DNA of 29,422 nucleotides from a virus (taxonomy: Duplodnaviria; Caudoviricetes): the IMG/VR virus record IMGVR_UViG_3300028587_000030, positions 1-29,422 of that record; one strand, 5' to 3'. Numbering within the stretch: the stretch's first letter is position 1; each line of letters starts with the position of its first letter. This document shows positions 25,372 through 29,422 of this stretch, piece after piece. A program made the position numbers and the translations under genes. Below the pieces are notes generated by a model. It did no database searches. It had not been told where the DNA came from and worked only from the letters and a program-made list of their open reading frames with translations.

Positions 25372-25617
25372 ATGCAGGAGGACACCCGATACGGGCAACT
25401 GAACATCCGCTACGCCTTCTGGCCGGTCCAGATCGCTCGCTTCCTTTCTCTGCTACCGACCGCGGTCCGTGAGACGTGGTACGAGAGTCACGGCCGGATG
25501 TGCTCGCGAGCGTGCACCGACCACCACCAGTACGATCGCTATTGCCTGCTAGGCACATCGATCAAGCCCTGGGGCGGTCACGAGTTCCTACGCGGAGAAG
25601 GGAAAGTAAGTGACTGA
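25372..25617 (+). CDS. hypothetical protein, Cys/His motif
   Basis: CSRAC..HH.Y...C. Confidence 0.5.
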   Translation: MQEDTRYGQLNIRYAFWPVQIARFLSLLPTAVRETWYESHGRMCSRACTDHHQYDRYCLLGTSIKPWGGHEFLRGEGKVSD

Positions 25618-25801
25618 CTACCGGCCGGCCGTAGCGCGGCTACCCGAGGGTGGAATGACCGGTATCCAGCTACTCTGCCTGGACTGTGGCGCCGCGGTGG
25701 CCGACACCGGCCGTCACGATGACTTCCACGCCGAGTTAGCGCGATTGGGTGTCGTGTTCGGCAAGGGCCAGGTCCGAGCGCCACGCAAGAAGGCATCCTG
25801 A
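25610..25801 (+). CDS. small Zn-finger-like protein
   Basis: CLDCG...RHDDFH. Confidence 0.55.
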   Translation: MTDYRPAVARLPEGGMTGIQLLCLDCGAAVADTGRHDDFHAELARLGVVFGKGQVRAPRKKAS

Positions 25802-25802
25802 C

Positions 25803-26030
25803 GTGTGGGGCGATGACCTACCCTCGATCGACTCCCTGAACATCCCGGCCGGCCGGATCGTGGACGAGGGTGATGAGGCGTGGGCCGTCCGCGTGATGCT
25901 GACGCCGGACCAGTGGTCGGTCGTGAGCCAGGCTCTGGTCAAGCTTCGGATCGACGCCGGCGAGGGACCCGATATGACGGACGGCCGAGCGCTGGAGCTT
26001 ATGGCCGCTGACTACCTGGCGGGTCCGTGA
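25803..26030 (+). CDS. hypothetical protein ending GRALELMAADYLAGP
   Basis: GTG start after AAGAAGG. Confidence 0.6.
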   Translation: MWGDDLPSIDSLNIPAGRIVDEGDEAWAVRVMLTPDQWSVVSQALVKLRIDAGEGPDMTDGRALELMAADYLAGP

Positions 26031-26344
26031 CGCGGCTGGGTGAGTGGCTGGATCGCGATCGCCTTACCAACCATGCAGCCTGGCGCACGAGAGCGGCCTG
26101 GAGTGCGATCCTGCTGAGCGTGGCCGTGGTCGTGCTCGTACTCGTGATCGCTTACCTGGCAGGGCCGTAGTGAACAAGGGAAAGCGTCGCAAGCTCGCGG
26201 CGAACTTCTACCCTGGATGGGCCTATCGGTTCGCGCCGACCGTGTACATCATCGGGCCGAGCGTGTTCGTGGTGCCTCGGCCGATGCGCCGGACGTTCCG
26301 CGTGGTCGATCTGTCCGGCTGGCAGGAGCTTGGGTACACGACCG

Positions 26345-26467
26345 ATGAGTGACGTACAGCTAGCAGAGGTCCTACTTCGGATGGGACTTCGGCTGGAGCC
26401 CTGGCAGCGCCGATACCTACGCCTGCTACTAGATGCGAGAGGAGTTGATCATGGGAGACCGCGGTAA
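26345..26467 (+). CDS. 40-aa hypothetical protein (MSDVQLAEVLLRMGLRLEPWQRRYL...)
   Basis: Hand translation; overlaps the terS start. Confidence 0.35.
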   Translation: MSDVQLAEVLLRMGLRLEPWQRRYLRLLLDARGVDHGRPR

Positions 26468-26912
26468 GGCACCGACCCCTACCAAGCTACGGCTTCTGCA
26501 TGGCGAGACCCGGCCGAGCCGGATCAACTACAACGAGCCTCAGCCGGCGAGCATGGAGCCCGAGTGCCCTGACTACTTCACGCCGGACGCGCGTGAGGTC
26601 TGGGATCGCGTGGTGATCCAGCTACGCGCGATGGATCTCCTGGCCGCGGCGGATCAGGACATGCTTGCGGCCTACTGCCAGGCCGTGGCCAAGTACCAGA
26701 AGGCTGTCCGCATGATCGATGCCTCGGATCTCTTGCTCCGTGGGCGAGACGGCAACGCCGTGACCAATCCGGCCTACCGGATGATGCGCGACCTCGCCGG
26801 CTCGATTCGCGTACTGGGCAACGAGTTCGGCTTCTCGCCGGCCGCGCGCGTCGGGCTGACCACCAAGGACAAGCCGAGCCTGTCGGCCGGCGCTGAGAGG
26901 CTTCTGTCTTGA
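26451..26912 (+). CDS. terS: terminase small subunit (P27 type)
   Basis: PTPTKLRLLHG, P...AREVW, D..MLAAYC, NPA, EFGFSPAAR. Confidence 0.92.
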   Translation: MGDRGKAPTPTKLRLLHGETRPSRINYNEPQPASMEPECPDYFTPDAREVWDRVVIQLRAMDLLAAADQDMLAAYCQAVAKYQKAVRMIDASDLLLRGRDGNAVTNPAYRMMRDLAGSIRVLGNEFGFSPAARVGLTTKDKPSLSAGAERLLS

Positions 26913-27559
26913 CCGTGGATCAGGTAGCGCTCGTCCCGATCGATGACTTGGTGGAGTATCCCGGCAACGCGCGCCGCGGCGATCTCGATGTCATCGCGGA
27001 GTCGATCAAGACCAACGGCTTCTACGGCGTGGTGGTCCGGCAGCGCTCCACTGGCTACGTGCTCGCCGGCAACCACCGCTTCAAGGCAGCCAAGCTCGCC
27101 GGCCTGGAGAGCGTCCCGGTGCAGGACGTGGACGTGGATGATGCGACCGCGCGCCGGATCAACCTCGTAGACAACCGCTCCAATCAGCTAGCCGGCTACG
27201 ACACTGTGGCGCTGTCGGAGCTTCTGTCGCTGGCGATAGACGAGGGATCGCTTGTCGGTACTGGCTTCACCGAGGAGGACTACGCCGACACGCTGGTCGA
27301 CGCCGAGGCCTTGTTTGCTAGCTCGACCGACTACGGCCAGGACGGCCAGGGCGAGTTCCGCAAGGACGGCTCGCGGGGCGTCGCCGGCCGGCGCCAGATC
27401 GTGCTCGACCTAGAGCTTGATCGCTTCGCCTGGCTCCTCGATGCGCTCGCGGAGATCGGCTCGCGGGAAGGCCTATCGAACAACAGAGATGTCGTGGTCC
27501 GACTGGCCGAGCGCTACCTGGGTACGAAGGCGCCGGAAGCGAGCATGGGCGATGAGTGA
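26909..27559 (+). CDS. ParB/Srx-like N-terminal domain protein
   Basis: VPIDDL..YPGNAR, SIKTNGF, VLAGNHRFKAA, LVDNR. Confidence 0.88.
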   Translation: MTVDQVALVPIDDLVEYPGNARRGDLDVIAESIKTNGFYGVVVRQRSTGYVLAGNHRFKAAKLAGLESVPVQDVDVDDATARRINLVDNRSNQLAGYDTVALSELLSLAIDEGSLVGTGFTEEDYADTLVDAEALFASSTDYGQDGQGEFRKDGSRGVAGRRQIVLDLELDRFAWLLDALAEIGSREGLSNNRDVVVRLAERYLGTKAPEASMGDE

Positions 27560-28412
27560 GACCGTTCTCCGCGTCGATCGAGTGATCCGGCCGGACGAGG
27601 CCACCGCGATCGTCGGGACGCACGTCGGGCACGAGCTAGAGCCGACGTTGACGTCACCGCGGGACGGGGATCGGATTCGCCTAGTGGAGAAGGGCGAGAC
27701 GGTCGCTCTGATCACGCGGCTCCCGGTGGCCGTCAAGGCTCGCTTGCGTGCAACGATCCTGGCGATCAACTACAGCAAGGGTGGCGTCGCTCGGCACAAC
27801 ATGACGACGGCCGGCGTGACCTTTGGCTACTCGCCGGCCAAGATCATGGCTCGCCAGGAGGGCTGCCGGGTCGGTGCGTTCGCGCGCGACAACCCTAGCC
27901 AGGAAGCGGTTCTGGAGGATCTGGCTCGCTACCTCACGGTCGAGTTCGATGAGCTTTACCCCCAACAGGCTCAGCGCGACCGGGACCGGATCGGGAAGTC
28001 GATCTTGGACGAGTGGCGCATGGAAGAGTCCTTGTGGACTAGCGGGATCATCAACAAGGCCAACGTGCTGCCGTATCACCGTGACGGGAACAACCTCGAT
28101 ACGTGGTCCGCGATGCCGACGCTCCGCTACGGGATGGCCGGTGGCTACCTCCATCTCCCTGAGTACAACGTCGTCTTCCCTTGTGGAGATGGCGATGTGA
28201 CGTGGTTCTACGGCCGCGGCCTCGTGCACGGCGTCACGCCGCTCACCAAGCGCCGGCCGGATGGCTACCGATTCTCGATCGTCTACTACGCGCTCAAGGG
28301 CATGGTGGACTGCCTGACCTACGCGGAGGAGACGGTACGAGTGGCCGAGCGGCGCACCGAGCGCGAGCGCGCCGAGGCCGAGAAGATCCGCGCTCGCGCG
28401 ATACCTGGGTGA
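27552..28412 (+). CDS. TET/JBP-family 2OG-Fe(II) dioxygenase (DNA base modification)
   Basis: FGY, INK...PYHRDGNN (HxD), GGYLHLPEY, HGVTP (distal His), RFSIVYY (2OG-binding Arg). Confidence 0.85.
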   Translation: MSETVLRVDRVIRPDEATAIVGTHVGHELEPTLTSPRDGDRIRLVEKGETVALITRLPVAVKARLRATILAINYSKGGVARHNMTTAGVTFGYSPAKIMARQEGCRVGAFARDNPSQEAVLEDLARYLTVEFDELYPQQAQRDRDRIGKSILDEWRMEESLWTSGIINKANVLPYHRDGNNLDTWSAMPTLRYGMAGGYLHLPEYNVVFPCGDGDVTWFYGRGLVHGVTPLTKRRPDGYRFSIVYYALKGMVDCLTYAEETVRVAERRTERERAEAEKIRARAIPG

Positions 28413-28415
28413 TCG

Positions 28416-29422
28416 ATGGCTCGCCGGCTCCCGGTATGCGGACGAGTGCTGGACGAGATCACTTGCCAGGAACGCGGCGACCACTTCTGCGTACCGCGCG
28501 CCGATCACGCGGAGAAATTCTTCGCGGAGATCTTGGTACACACCAAGGGGATCTACGCGCGCCGCAAGTTCATCCTGGCCGACTGGCAGCGCGACGACCT
28601 GATCCGGCCGATCTTCGGCAAAGTCCGCTGGGATGCCGAGTACGGCCTGTACGTCCGCTCCACGCGCATCGTCTGGATCGAGCTAGCTAGAAAGCAAGGG
28701 AAGTCGGAGATGCTGGCCGGCATCGCGCTCTACATGCTCTGCGCAGACGGCGAGGAGGGCGCGGAGATCTACGGCGCGGCCAAGGACCGGGACCAGGCAC
28801 GCAAGGTCTTCGACGTGGCGAAGCGGATGGTGGAGCTATCTCCTTTGCTCTCTAGCCGGCTGACGATCATGTCGGCCAACAAGCGGATCGTGGACAACAA
28901 GACCGCGAGCTACTACGAGATCATCGCGGCCGACGCTGGCGGCAACCTCGGGCACAACCCTCACGCCGTGGTCTTTGACGAGTCGCTGACTCAGCCGGAC
29001 GGCGAGTTGTGGGACGCGCTACGTACCGCGATGGGCACGCGCACCCAGCCGCTCATGGTCGCGGCCACCACGCCGGGGGACGACCCGGCCAGTTGGTGCG
29101 GGACCATGCACGACACGATGGTCAAGAATGCCGAGGACCCGCGGCGCGAGCCTCACGTACTTCCCTACCTCCGTAACACTCCCGACGATGCCGACCCGTT
29201 CGACGAGTCCCACTGGGCCTGGGCCAACCCAGCGCTCGGCCAGTTCCTTAGCCTGCAAGCACTTCGGGACGAGGCCACCGAGGCCAGGAACGACCCGCTC
29301 AAGGAGAACAGCTTCCGGCAGTACCGGCTCGCTCAGTGGGTGCGCCAGAGCTTCCGCTGGATGCCTATGCACCAGTGGGATTCGCTCTCGGGCGACCTCT
29401 GGCTCCATCCCGATCACGGCCG
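28416..29422 (+). CDS. terL: terminase large subunit, truncated by the window end
   Basis: Hand translation MARRLPVCG...HTKG...LADWQ...ARKQGKS (Walker A)...AAKDRDQA...VVFDE (Walker B)...ATTPG...ANPALG. Confidence 0.95.
   Translation, partial: MARRLPVCGRVLDEITCQERGDHFCVPRADHAEKFFAEILVHTKGIYARRKFILADWQRDDLIRPIFGKVRWDAEYGLYVRSTRIVWIELARKQGKSEMLAGIALYMLCADGEEGAEIYGAAKDRDQARKVFDVAKRMVELSPLLSSRLTIMSANKRIVDNKTASYYEIIAADAGGNLGHNPHAVVFDESLTQPDGELWDALRTAMGTRTQPLMVAATTPGDDPASWCGTMHDTMVKNAEDPRREPHVLPYLRNTPDDADPFDESHWAWANPALGQFLSLQALRDEATEARNDPLKENSFRQYRLAQWVRQSFRWMPMHQWDSLSGDLWLHPDHG

Noticed and set aside
26345-26467. LEPWQ peptide as a terL fragment or pseudogene
   Set aside because: The match to the terminase adenine-binding motif is too short to support.

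Overview
High-GC actinobacteriophage or prophage segment with no host housekeeping genes. (1) 1-11551, minus strand: small early genes driven by three near-identical leaderless promoters, each with an upstream 9-7-9 dyad, followed by a replication/recombination block (DnaB, initiator with internal ori-like repeats, RusA, SSB, HNH, Sak4-like ATPase, excisionase-like HTH). (2) 12205-16884, plus strand, the most unusual part: a five-gene operon encoding a small membrane protein, a membrane-anchored FtsK/TraB-type ATPase fused to a GIY-YIG nuclease domain, a secreted lytic transglycosylase + EEP phosphodiesterase + M15-like peptidase, a 2-TM protein and an HTH protein. It looks like a minimal conjugation/DNA-translocation module inside a phage. 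(3) 16907-26467: small middle genes, a probable late regulator, a ParB/Srx-like protein, a packaging-type HNH, a papain-like peptidase and a thermonuclease. (4) 26451-end: terS, ParB-like protein, TET/JBP-type 2OG-Fe(II) dioxygenase and terL (truncated by the window edge). I found no integrase, clear repressor, tRNA or CRISPR array. All family assignments are by-eye motif recognition, not database searches.
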